Origin: Thermoproteota archaeon
Lineage (GTDB): Archaea > Thermoproteota > Methanomethylicia > Methanomethylicales > JAGHCH01
NCBI GenBank assembly: GCA_021160575.1
Contig: JAGHCH010000075.1
Coordinates: 1 to 39,188, forward strand
DNA length: 39,188 nt
Direction: 5' to 3'
This document shows positions 23,474 through 32,231 of the stretch, piece by piece (within the stretch, counting starts at the first letter, position 1; each line of letters begins with the position of its first letter). A program made the position numbers and the translations under genes. The notes beneath the pieces are model-generated. The model was not told where the DNA came from and did no database searches. It worked only from the letters and a program-made list of their open reading frames with translations.

Positions 23474-24319
23474 GGGGTTAACAGCTCTAACCCCCTTAGC
23501 CAAGCCAGCTCCAATGATTCCCCCAACCATGGCTTGAGTGATGGAGACGGGGATGCCAAACTGGGTGAAGAAGTGGATGGTGAGCGCTCCGCTCAGCTGA
23601 GCTGCTAGAGTGGTCGTGGCGCCAAACTTCACAAAGCCCGTGCCCAGCTTCTCTGCCACCACCCATCCTAAGCTTAGCACCCCTACTACAGCCATAGCCC
23701 CTGCAATCGCCCCAGCTAGCGCATAGTGGGCTTCTCCGCCGTAGATGCTGCTCATCAATCCCAGCGTGTTGGCTCCCAAGACATAAGCTATGTAAAAGGC
23801 TCCGAAGAGGCTGAGGCAGCCATAAAGCGTGTAGATTTCCGTTACACCCCCGATCTTACGGGCCATGGACATCAAAGCCCTCGCCAACACCACGCCTAAA
23901 ACCACTGCCACTAATGGCGTAGTCGCCCAGGATGCTAAGACCCACTGCACGTAGCTCTCTGAGACCTTTAAGCCAAGCGGGTGGCATACCCCCAGTAAGC
24001 CTCCAACAATGGCAAAGGTCACGGGCAAAGGCATCTTTAGAAAAGTTGCAAACGCTGTAACCATCGCTGCCACGCCTAAAATCACAGCAGCCACATAAGG
24101 ATCCCTAACTGGAGCTTGTGCAGCGGAGAGGGCTGAAAGCATCTTCCAGCCTTCAGCTACCAGCCCAGCCACCAAGCCAGCTGCAAAGAGGATCGACACC
24201 TTTGCATAGCTTGCAACCTTGCCTCCTATAGCTGGGCCAACACCATTAGATGCATTATTAGCGCCAAGGAGAAAGGCACAGAGCGCTAAGCTGAATAGAA
24301 GAGCTGTTTCAGCGGGCAT
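23387..24319 (-). CDS. Inorganic phosphate transporter, PiT (PHO4) family
   Basis: 310 aa and polytopic, with LGANNASNGVGPAIGG near the N-terminus and GANTLG in the second half (PiT repeats). The 3' end overlaps the MMPL gene by 87 nt. Confidence 0.9.
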   Translation of the reverse strand: MPAETALLFSLALCAFLLGANNASNGVGPAIGGKVASYAKVSILFAAGLVAGLVAEGWKMLSALSAAQAPVRDPYVAAVILGVAAMVTAFATFLKMPLPVTFAIVGGLLGVCHPLGLKVSESYVQWVLASWATTPLVAVVLGVVLARALMSMARKIGGVTEIYTLYGCLSLFGAFYIAYVLGANTLGLMSSIYGGEAHYALAGAIAGAMAVVGVLSLGWVVAEKLGTGFVKFGATTTLAAQLSGALTIHFFTQFGIPVSITQAMVGGIIGAGLAKGVRAVNPLELMKLVIFWTLTPLACYALLFLLYSFY

Positions 24320-24321
24320 TC

Positions 24322-25014
24322 TTAGCTCATCGCCTTGGTGGCTATCAGCGTCAAGACGTCTGAAGCCCTCTCAGCGTTATCCGCCACTTGGTCGAGTGAG
24401 AGAATGTAGTCCTTGAGCTGAAGGTACGTGACTACACTCAGCTGATCTTCTATTTCGCCTAAGCTCTCAAGCAGCTTGATCTTCAACTCATCGAGCAGCT
24501 CCTCCTTCTTCTCCACCTCATGTGCTACCATGAAGGACTCCTCCACATTCTTCTCAAGCAGCTCCACCCCCTGCAGCAAGTGCTCCACGCAGCGCACCAC
24601 ATCCCTAGCCATCGTCTTCAACTCCACCCCGCAGCTCTCCACAAACAGCCTCAACTCCTCCGAAGAGATCACTCTGAGGTAGAGCACCCTTGAAGCATCC
24701 TTAGCTGCATCAGCTACCTCATCCAAGCTGTCAACAAGCTTCATGTAATCCTCCTTCAATCCTATGAAGAAAGCTCCCTTCGCCAGGTTCAGCTCAATTC
24801 TCCTCTTCAGATCATCTGCCTCCCTCTCGATGGTGGCTATCAAAGCTGCGTGCTCTCTGACATTTCTCCAATCTCCTTCAAGGAAGGCTGCGGCTTGAGG
24901 CTCTAATAGCTTCACAGCTGATGAAATCATCTTGCAAAGCTCTCTAATCGCCTCTGCAGCGCCCCTCGCCTGAGGGATTAGCCTGCCTAGCTTCACCATA
25001 ACTGACAACCTCAA
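24322..25014 (-). CDS. DUF47/TIGR00153 PhoU-like protein (PiT-associated regulator)
   Basis: Helical protein with IATIEREADDLKRRIELNL...LVDSLDEVADAAKDAS. Its stop is 2 nt from the PiT ATG, the classic DUF47-PiT pair. The true start may be ATG 24999. Confidence 0.85.
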   Translation of the reverse strand: MRLSVMVKLGRLIPQARGAAEAIRELCKMISSAVKLLEPQAAAFLEGDWRNVREHAALIATIEREADDLKRRIELNLAKGAFFIGLKEDYMKLVDSLDEVADAAKDASRVLYLRVISSEELRLFVESCGVELKTMARDVVRCVEHLLQGVELLEKNVEESFMVAHEVEKKEELLDELKIKLLESLGEIEDQLSVVTYLQLKDYILSLDQVADNAERASDVLTLIATKAMS

Positions 25015-25037
25015 ATCAACTTGCCCTACAACGGCTA

Positions 25038-25868
25038 TTAACCTACCTTAAGTTTACCCAAGCTGAGCGAGAAAACATCCTTCCTTCTATGCCTCAGCAC
25101 TGGCAGCAGCTCCCTAACTCTCCTAATTCTCTCCAAGTCGATCTCAGCTACCAGCAGCTTCTCCTCCTCGCCAGCCTCCGCTACGATGATGCCCATCGGA
25201 TCTACTACTGCGCTTCTTCCACACCTAAGCCTCCCCGTTTGGTTAGCTCCAAGCATGTAGACTTCATTTTCCAAGGCTCTAACCTTCAGTAAGGTCAGCC
25301 AGTGCTCCTCCTTCAGAGAACCAGCAAACCATGCCGATGGAACAGCTATGATATCAGCTCCCTTCAACGCCAGAATTCTCGAAACCTCTGGAAACCTCAG
25401 ATCATAGCAGATCTCCATTCCAATGACGCCCAGCTCAGTTTTCACCGGAGCCGCAATATCGTCTCCAGCGACGATCTTCTCGGATTCTCTAACCTCCATG
25501 GCATCGTAGAGGTGGAGCTTCCTATAGGTGGCAGCTATCTCCCCCTCTGGGTTAATCATCACCGCCGTGCTATACGCCTTCATGCCAGTTGCCTTCTCAT
25601 AGATACCCACTATCAAGTATACTTCACACTCTTTAGCAATCTCCCTGAGCCGCTTAACGAAGAAACCTTGCAAATCCTCGGCTACCACTGTAGGCATTTC
25701 CTCTCGCTTCAAGCTAGCTATAGCATATTCAGGGGCCACCACCAGCCTTGCTCCTTGAGATGCGGCTTCACGGCACATCTCCGCGATCTTCTTCAAGTTC
25801 TCCTCCTTCTCTCTCGAAACCTCCATCTGCAGTAAAGCAATCTTGAACTTCAATAGCAATCTCCTCAA
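25038..25868 (-). CDS. Carbon-nitrogen hydrolase (nitrilase superfamily)
   Basis: KIALLQMEV...VVAPEYA (Glu)...YRKLHLYD (Lys)...MEICYDLRFPE (Cys) gives the catalytic E-K-C triad context. The start may be an internal TTG near 25853. Confidence 0.9.
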   Translation of the reverse strand: MRRLLLKFKIALLQMEVSREKEENLKKIAEMCREAASQGARLVVAPEYAIASLKREEMPTVVAEDLQGFFVKRLREIAKECEVYLIVGIYEKATGMKAYSTAVMINPEGEIAATYRKLHLYDAMEVRESEKIVAGDDIAAPVKTELGVIGMEICYDLRFPEVSRILALKGADIIAVPSAWFAGSLKEEHWLTLLKVRALENEVYMLGANQTGRLRCGRSAVVDPMGIIVAEAGEEEKLLVAEIDLERIRRVRELLPVLRHRRKDVFSLSLGKLKVG

Positions 25869-25989
25869 TTAAGGGCTAAGCCTTCAAAGATAGGCTCTAT
25901 TATGTGTCTAGGGAATCATATAGCTTCTTCACGATCCACTAGCTGTAGGATGCTTCTCTAGCGTCGCTTGAAGCTGCCTTAGACGCCGC

Positions 25990-26325
25990 TTAAACATTCT
26001 CTTCCTCGAGGACCCTGTGAACCACGCGCTTAACTCTATCTAGAAGCTCTCTACCAGCTCCGGTTAGCCTGTAGTATCGAAGCGTGCGTCTACCCCTCCT
26101 ACTGAGAAAGCTGTCTAGAAGACCCGATTCTTCAAGCTCATAGAGCAATGGATAAACAGTTCCGGAGTGCAGCTTAATACCCATATTCTTCTTCAGCTCT
26201 TTCAAGATAGTGTATCCTGTCATCTCATGCTTCTCCAACAGCGCAAGAATAACAAATCTAACTAGCCCTTTCAAAAGCAGACCCTTAATGCGGTTGAAAG
26301 CCAATTCAGAGATCACAGACAACAA
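25990..26325 (-). CDS. PadR-family transcriptional regulator (second copy)
   Basis: VRFVILALLEKHEMTGYTILKELKKNMGIKLHSGTVYPLLYELEESGLL...RYYRLTGAGRELL. It is divergent from the radical SAM gene. Confidence 0.85.
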   Translation of the reverse strand: MLSVISELAFNRIKGLLLKGLVRFVILALLEKHEMTGYTILKELKKNMGIKLHSGTVYPLLYELEESGLLDSFLSRRGRRTLRYYRLTGAGRELLDRVKRVVHRVLEEENV

Positions 26326-26398
26326 CCTCCAACTTCAGCCCGATGCACTGCACACATCCCATTTCATAGAGGTGCTCTTCGCTCCATACTTCACTTAT

Positions 26399-26417
26399 TT
26401 TCTAAGTATTTTAGAAA
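26399..26417. promoter_or_regulatory. Inverted repeat TTTCTAA-N5-TTAGAAA in the divergent padR / radical-SAM promoter region
   Basis: Perfect 7-nt arms, read directly. It lies 74 nt upstream of the padR start (26325) and 50 nt upstream of TTG 26467, next to the TATA-like aaagtttat. Confidence 0.4.
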
Positions 26418-26466
26418 CAAAAAGTTTATGGGAACTTGCTTGTTATGAGTTTGCCGGTGAGCGACA

Positions 26467-28056
26467 TTGCGAGGTTTTCCCGTGGTGCTTACTGCAGATA
26501 AAACGGTGATGAACCGATATGGAGGTAGCCTATTCTACGGTTTCATAGTTACCGCTCCCCGTAGAGCCGCTTGGTATCTATCTCCAGAAAAGCTGCTTAA
26601 GTTCATCCTTCTAAATCCTCCCTGTGACGAGAGTGGGAGAGCTGTAATTGCTCCCCAAGGACTTCGAAGAGTGGAGGCAGCTCTCCTAGATAGTGAGGTT
26701 GTCTCCCCCGATGATCTCATAGTTGCTGTCCCGCATAGGTTAAGGGATGTGATAGGTTCAGAAACGAAAATTATTGGTGTAAATGTAGTAGACCCCTTGG
26801 GAATGGGGCCAGCTTCCACAACTTTATCTGGTCCCTATGGGCTCATCCACGATGAAGCCAACAACGCCTACCACTTCCGTAAGCTAGTTACCAGCAGAGT
26901 GATTCAAGAGGCTAGAAAAAATGGCGCCTACCTAGTGGTAGGTGGCCCCGGAGCTTGGCAACTCACACCTCAAAAAATGGAGGAATACGGCATCGACATA
27001 GTGGTGGTTGGCGAAGCCGAACTCGTGTTCCCAGAAATCGTTCGCCGCATCCTCGATGGCGAATCTCTAGAAACACCCCTCATAGTCAACATTCCACCTA
27101 CACAGTATCCCTCCACGGATCAAATCCCCCTCCTCAGAGGGGCTACTGTTGGAGGAGTAGTAGAAGTTTCGCGGGGCTGTGGCAGAGGCTGCCGCTTCTG
27201 CACCCCCACTCTCAGAAAACTCCGACACCGAAAACTTGAGGATATCATCCACGACGTCAAGGTCAACGTGGAGAATGGGCAGACCAGTATATGTCTTCAC
27301 GCAGAGGACATTCTCCAGTACGGCAGCTATACCTTCAGAGTAGAACATGAAAAAGTTGTCAAACTTTTCCAGGGAGTTAGGGCCGTCGAGGGAATTAAAA
27401 GCATAGGCGTGAGCCATGCGGCTTTGTCATCTATTGCTGCTAGTCCACGTACTGTTGAAGCCATCTCGGAGGTATTGGAGCTAGACTATCGCCATTGGAT
27501 GGGCTATCAAACGGGGATCGAGACTGGAAGTCCTAGGCTGATGGAAAAGCACATGCGCATGAAACCCTATCCCTTCACACCCCAAGAGTGGCCTGATGTT
27601 GTTGAAAGAGCATTCGCAATATCTGTTGATAATGGGTGGGTTCCCTGTGCAACCTTGATAGTAAATCTTCCTGGAGAAACCCCAGACGATATCATAAAAA
27701 CCACAGAGCTTGTGGAACGACTTAACCCTTATAGAAGCTTCGTAACTCCACTGCTCTATGTGCCGATGGGAGACCAGATGGAAGCAACCAAAGCCATGCG
27801 CTTCTTGGAGGATGCTGAATGGTATCATTTGGAGCTCTATAAGGCTGTTTGGAGGCATAACATCAAGTGGATGAAGGAGCTGGCATGGGACTATAGCAAA
27901 GGAAGCAGTCTCCCAGCAAGGTTTGCCGTCCGCACACTGGTGAGAGTGATTACATGGATCGTTAACCGTAAAGCCGAGAAGTTCTTTGAAGAGGAGCTCT
28001 CCAAGCGGAAAGCAGCAGCACCTGTTCTGAAGGCCAGCGTCCCCATTCCCGCTTAG
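26467..28056 (+). CDS. Radical SAM protein with an N-terminal B12-binding-like (Rossmann) domain
   Basis: 529 aa. VVLTADKTVMNRYGG... opens like B12/rSAM proteins. VVGGPGAW...VVVGEAE is Rossmann-like. The cluster motif is VSRGCGRGCRFCTP. The subfamily cannot be assigned by eye. Confidence 0.85.
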   Translation: MRGFPVVLTADKTVMNRYGGSLFYGFIVTAPRRAAWYLSPEKLLKFILLNPPCDESGRAVIAPQGLRRVEAALLDSEVVSPDDLIVAVPHRLRDVIGSETKIIGVNVVDPLGMGPASTTLSGPYGLIHDEANNAYHFRKLVTSRVIQEARKNGAYLVVGGPGAWQLTPQKMEEYGIDIVVVGEAELVFPEIVRRILDGESLETPLIVNIPPTQYPSTDQIPLLRGATVGGVVEVSRGCGRGCRFCTPTLRKLRHRKLEDIIHDVKVNVENGQTSICLHAEDILQYGSYTFRVEHEKVVKLFQGVRAVEGIKSIGVSHAALSSIAASPRTVEAISEVLELDYRHWMGYQTGIETGSPRLMEKHMRMKPYPFTPQEWPDVVERAFAISVDNGWVPCATLIVNLPGETPDDIIKTTELVERLNPYRSFVTPLLYVPMGDQMEATKAMRFLEDAEWYHLELYKAVWRHNIKWMKELAWDYSKGSSLPARFAVRTLVRVITWIVNRKAEKFFEEELSKRKAAAPVLKASVPIPA

Positions 28057-28066
28057 CGCTTCCCTC

Positions 28067-28071
28067 TTTTT
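28067..28071 (+). terminator. Oligo-T (T5) 11 nt after the radical SAM stop
   Basis: ccctctttttagc. This is a weak indication that the radical SAM gene and the downstream FAD gene may be separate transcripts. Confidence 0.3.
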
Positions 28072-28148
28072 AGCTGGAGCTATGCAATGAATACCTTGTT
28101 TGCTAGACCCGCTAGGCTTTAAAGGGGCTTCACCTCGGAGGAGCATCA

Positions 28149-29480
28149 ATGGGCAGCATAGTTCAACTAGGAATACTTGGAGCAGGGCTCTCAGGATTAG
28201 TCATCGCATATAAAAGCAGCTTCCCTGCTCTAATTTTCGAAGCAAGCAATACCATGGGTGGTCTTCTTCGCTCTGAGGAGATTGAGGGCTACGTCTTCGA
28301 TGCTGGTGGATCTCACATAGTCTTCTCTAAGGATCAGCAGCTTCTCGCAACCATGCTCAGCTTTCTTGACGGCAAGTGGGTTGAACACCGTAGAGATGCC
28401 AGAATCTACTATAGAGGAAGGTTTATCAAATACCCTTTTGAAAACGGGCTATATCAGCTGCCTCCGCAGGAGCGGTATGAATGCCTCGCAAGCTTCGTAA
28501 AGCACCTCGTTAGAAGGGCAAGAGGAGAGCTGAAGCCTCCCCGAAACTTCAAGGAGTGGTGCTACTACGTCTTCGGCGAAGCAATAGCCAACCGCCACTT
28601 AGTCCCCTATAGCGAGAAGATCTGGAAGCACCCCCTCAAGGAAATAAGCCTAGACTGGGTCTCTGGGAGGGTTCCAGAGCCCCCAGTAGAAGACGTATTG
28701 AAGTCGGCAGTAGGGCTTCCCACCGAGGGATACACTCATCAGCTCACGTTCTACTACCCCTTAGAGGGCGGGATTCACTCTCTGGCGAGAAGCCTAGCCA
28801 GCAAGGCCCAGAGTAAGTGTGTGTTCCTCCAAGATCATCCTGTTAAGCGGATTAAACCGGAGGATAGATGCTTCATCGTATCCTCGGGGAGGAAGGAATA
28901 CTCAGTGGAGAAGCTGGTGTCAACCATCCCTCTCCCAGAGCTGCTGAAAGCACTTCCAGATAGCGCGGTGCCAGAAAAAGTGAAGGAAGCAGTCAAGAAG
29001 CTGAAGTACCTTTCCCTAGCTGTGGTAGGTCTCGGAGTTCGGGGAAGGGCCCCTCCCTACCACTGGGTGTACCTCCCCTTCAATGGGATAGCTCACCGAA
29101 TTTCCTTCCCCAGCAACTACAGCCCTCACAATGCCCCTATCGGACACTACAGCGTGCTAGCAGAGATCTCCTACCTCCCCTCCGATGACCTCTCCAAGAT
29201 GAGCGACTCCAGCCTCGTGGAGAGGGTTGTAGATGACCTCCATGAGATGGGTGTAATCAAGAGGGAGCACGTAGTGCTCTCCAAGGTTTGGAGGTGGAAC
29301 TACGCCTACATAGTCTACGACCACAGCTACCGCAGCGCGGTATCTACCATCAAGAACTATCTCAACACCTTGGGAATAACGGTAGCTGGCAGATTTGGCG
29401 GCTGGCAGTACCTCAATATGGACGCAGTGGTTGACGAGGCATTGAAGGTGGCTGAAGACATCAACCTCTCAAAGAACTAG
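28149..29480 (+). CDS. FAD-dependent oxidoreductase (amine oxidase / protoporphyrinogen oxidase-like, COG1232-type)
   Basis: The N-terminal dinucleotide fold is LGILGAGLSGLVIAY...FEASNTMGGL, and the C-terminus is GRFGGWQYLNMDAVVDEA. An SD ggaggagc lies upstream. Confidence 0.8.
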   Translation: MGSIVQLGILGAGLSGLVIAYKSSFPALIFEASNTMGGLLRSEEIEGYVFDAGGSHIVFSKDQQLLATMLSFLDGKWVEHRRDARIYYRGRFIKYPFENGLYQLPPQERYECLASFVKHLVRRARGELKPPRNFKEWCYYVFGEAIANRHLVPYSEKIWKHPLKEISLDWVSGRVPEPPVEDVLKSAVGLPTEGYTHQLTFYYPLEGGIHSLARSLASKAQSKCVFLQDHPVKRIKPEDRCFIVSSGRKEYSVEKLVSTIPLPELLKALPDSAVPEKVKEAVKKLKYLSLAVVGLGVRGRAPPYHWVYLPFNGIAHRISFPSNYSPHNAPIGHYSVLAEISYLPSDDLSKMSDSSLVERVVDDLHEMGVIKREHVVLSKVWRWNYAYIVYDHSYRSAVSTIKNYLNTLGITVAGRFGGWQYLNMDAVVDEALKVAEDINLSKN

Positions 29481-30547
29481 AGCTTAACTAAAACATACTC
29501 CAGCTCGCCAGCCCCTCTCGCGCTGGCTTCTCTCAAGTGAAGCTTAGGATCAACGCCATTAAGGTTAGCAAAGCCACCATACTCCGGGTACATGTACTCC
29601 TCGATCAAGTCTATGGACGCGCAATCCACCGCCACCGGATCCGTTGACGCTAAGAAGCCCACATCCCTAGCTACTATCTCATTGGGCTTAGGCACGCAGT
29701 CGCAGAGCTTGGTGATCTGCTCCGCCACCGTGATGTAGGCCACCGGCTTCCTCCACTTCCTAAAGGCATCAACAACTGCCGCCGCCACCCATCCTACTCT
29801 GCGGTTAAACTCCTCTATGGCGTCCTCTGGTACGGCTAGAGCATGTGTGGGGCAGCGCACCACGCATCCTCCACAGCTAATGCACTGTTCATACCTGAAA
29901 ACTGGCTTACCCTCCACCAGCGTCACAGCCTTCTGGGCGCATGCCTTCACACACTCTCCGCATCCAGTGCAGAGTTCTGGGAAGGCTAGGAAGGGTCTAT
30001 AGGGGCTATGCTGATATCTCTTCGTGGCCTTCGTTACACAGCCCATGGAGAGATTCTTTATGGCCCCTCCGAACCCCGTCATGCCATGCCCCTTCCCATG
30101 GCTGACCACTAGGATGGCATCAGCCTCGTAGAAGGCTCTAGCGATCTCCACCACATGCCCCTTAATCCACTCACACTTGTACAGCACTCCATCCTCGCCC
30201 TTCAAGCCATCAGCCACTATGAAGGGGGCGCCTAAAGACTCTAGAGTGAAGCCGTTCTCGGCTGCAACCTCCATGCAGCTAATAGCCGTGCTCCGGGGAC
30301 CCACATACAGGGTGGTGGTATCCGTGACAAAGGCGTCAAATCCCCTCTCCCTTAGCCAAGAAACCACTGCCGCCACATAGGATGGGTGCACATACGTCGT
30401 GTTGCCTCTCTCCCCTATGTGGATCTTAATCGCCACAGTGTTGCAGCCAGCAAAAAGCTCCTCCACTATAAGCTCCTCAAGAAGCTTGAACATCACCTTT
30501 CGAGGCGTAGCCGCCTTTTCAACTGGGAGGAAGAACACCTCAGCCAA
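29477..30547 (-). CDS. DUF362 domain protein with an inserted 2x[4Fe-4S] ferredoxin domain
   Basis: VAIKIHIGERGNTTYVHPSYVAAVVSWLRERGFDAFVTDTTTLY is the DUF362 N-terminal pattern. Ferredoxin motifs are CTGCGECVKAC and CISCGGCVVRCP. Its stop shares CTAG with the FAD gene stop. Confidence 0.85.
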   Translation of the reverse strand: MAEVFFLPVEKAATPRKVMFKLLEELIVEELFAGCNTVAIKIHIGERGNTTYVHPSYVAAVVSWLRERGFDAFVTDTTTLYVGPRSTAISCMEVAAENGFTLESLGAPFIVADGLKGEDGVLYKCEWIKGHVVEIARAFYEADAILVVSHGKGHGMTGFGGAIKNLSMGCVTKATKRYQHSPYRPFLAFPELCTGCGECVKACAQKAVTLVEGKPVFRYEQCISCGGCVVRCPTHALAVPEDAIEEFNRRVGWVAAAVVDAFRKWRKPVAYITVAEQITKLCDCVPKPNEIVARDVGFLASTDPVAVDCASIDLIEEYMYPEYGGFANLNGVDPKLHLREASARGAGELEYVLVKL

Positions 30548-30735
30548 TCCGCTCTCCTCACAACCACTATGCAGCTCTCCCCCTTAAGATCTGCGATGAC
30601 CTCACAGCACTTATTAACACTTAGTAGTGATCTAATTCTAGGCGTTGCGACAGCTATGGCACATTGCTCCCGATCTTCGGCTTGCATGGCGCTGACTCTA
30701 AGAGTTATCTCCCTCGAGAGGATCATTTAGACGTG

Positions 30736-31722
30736 ATGCCCATGACAAGGCTTCCGCTAATCTACAAGATCTCCCTAGACCTGGCAGCTAGCTATAACTT
30801 CCACCTCACCGCTAGAGCTTATGCCATCCCCGGAGAGTACGATGGCGAGCGCTACCAATGCTTATACACCCTTGAAGGCATGCCCACCGCCCTGGTAGCC
30901 AGAGTGCACCAAGGAGATCTCGTACTGAGCTTCTTCAGTGAAGCTAAGCTCCCTCCCTCCGGGCTGCTCGAAATAGCCAGCCACATCTTAGGCTTCCACG
31001 AAGATCTCGAGGAGTTCTACACCATAGTCAGCCGCGACCCCCTCCTGCACCCCGTATCCACCACTCTGCGAGGCATGCACATGAAGGCAACCTACAGCCT
31101 CTGGAACGGCTTCCTCATAGCAATCTGCCAGCAAAACGCCAGCTTCCGCCAAGGCTGGACCATGTACAGCAAAATAGTTCACCTCTTCGGAGACACGAAA
31201 ATCCTAGAGGATGGCTCAACCGTACATGCACCTCCAACACCCAACGCTCTCCTCACCATCGGAGAGAGAATCAGGAAGGCCGGGACAGGGTACCGTGCTG
31301 AAACCATCCTCAACCTAGCACAGTACTTCTCTGAACACCCCGAACTGCAAGCACCCCCCAGTGAAGTAAGCGAAAAGCTCCTCCAACAGCTGAAGAGAGT
31401 TAAGGGTGTAGGCGAGTACTCGTTTAGAGTGGCTCTTCTCTTCTCTCAACGCAGATACGATCTGCCACCAGTAGACCGATGGGTTGCAAGGCTTCTCAGC
31501 GAAATCTACGCCAACAAGCCTCTCAACTTAAAGGAGGCTGAAGAGCTCTCCAAGCAGCTCTGGAGGAGCTGGTGTGGACTCAGCATCTTCTTCATGACCA
31601 TTACCCTCAACGCAGCTATAATCTCTAAGGCACTTGAAGTAGCTAAAACTGGGAGGATTAACCCCATAACGGATGGAGACCAGCTATCCCCCCTAACCCT
31701 GTGGAGGAACCTCAAGCTCTAA
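30736..31722 (+). CDS. HhH-GPD superfamily DNA glycosylase (AlkA-like)
   Basis: LLQQLKRVKGVGEYSFRVALLFSQRRYDLPPVDRWVARLL is the HhH motif plus the catalytic Asp context. The ORF track opens at 30664 and ATG 30736 is the more plausible start. Confidence 0.75.
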   Translation: MPMTRLPLIYKISLDLAASYNFHLTARAYAIPGEYDGERYQCLYTLEGMPTALVARVHQGDLVLSFFSEAKLPPSGLLEIASHILGFHEDLEEFYTIVSRDPLLHPVSTTLRGMHMKATYSLWNGFLIAICQQNASFRQGWTMYSKIVHLFGDTKILEDGSTVHAPPTPNALLTIGERIRKAGTGYRAETILNLAQYFSEHPELQAPPSEVSEKLLQQLKRVKGVGEYSFRVALLFSQRRYDLPPVDRWVARLLSEIYANKPLNLKEAEELSKQLWRSWCGLSIFFMTITLNAAIISKALEVAKTGRINPITDGDQLSPLTLWRNLKL

Positions 31723-31901
31723 AGGCGGCTCACTTGAAATCCGGGTCATCATCAGCTCAGCCCACCGAAGGTTTCAGGGTCATCGCCGAGAAGAGTATAA
31801 TGCTGAGGATCTTTTAAAGGTTGAAGTTATTGCATGCGGGAATCTATAATAGCTTCTAGAGTTCCTATTTTTCATAAGGCTGGAGAGGTGTAGTCAGAGC
31901 C

Positions 31902-32219
31902 TTGAACTACAAGGAGCTCAAAAGGTATGTGGAGCAGCTGCAAGGCGAATGGCGCCGAATCCTAGACTCCAAGATCATCGACAAGCAAAGAGCGCAAGTG
32001 GTCTCCGGCGACAACAGTGAGCTCCTAGAGATCATAAGAGGCACAATACTCGTCTCCTCTCGCGACTCTCCCATAACCTTCGACGAGATAATTAGAGAGC
32101 ATGAGAAGAAGCTTGGAGTACAGCTTCCCAGACCCCCTCCCCCTCAAGTCGGCGGGTGGAGGAAGTTCGCCAGGGAGGTTCTCAGCAAGCTGCCTAAGAA
32201 GTGGGAGCCCCCCTACTAG
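31902..32219 (+). CDS. Hypothetical protein (105 aa)
   Basis: TTG start with the SD ggagaggtg 10 nt upstream. Helical N-terminus and a proline run PRPPPPQ. No family recognised. Confidence 0.5.
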   Translation: MNYKELKRYVEQLQGEWRRILDSKIIDKQRAQVVSGDNSELLEIIRGTILVSSRDSPITFDEIIREHEKKLGVQLPRPPPPQVGGWRKFAREVLSKLPKKWEPPY

Positions 32220-32231
32220 GAGTGAAACCAG

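Noticed and set aside
26467-28056. An impression that the radical SAM gene uses more T/A-ending and CGN Arg codons than its neighbours, which would suggest horizontal transfer.
   Set aside because: This rests on reading a few dozen codons only. I cannot compute codon statistics here, and other genes in the window also vary. It is not reportable without a proper codon-adaptation or k-mer analysis.
30493-30726. A 77-aa minus-strand ORF, together with plus-strand ORFs 30386..30730 and 30399..30587, in the DUF362 / glycosylase divergent region.
   Set aside because: They overlap the well-supported DUF362 N-terminus (the family pattern begins at 30547) in other frames. No motifs, no SD and no TATA in a suitable position. 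I treat 30548-30735 as a divergent promoter region.
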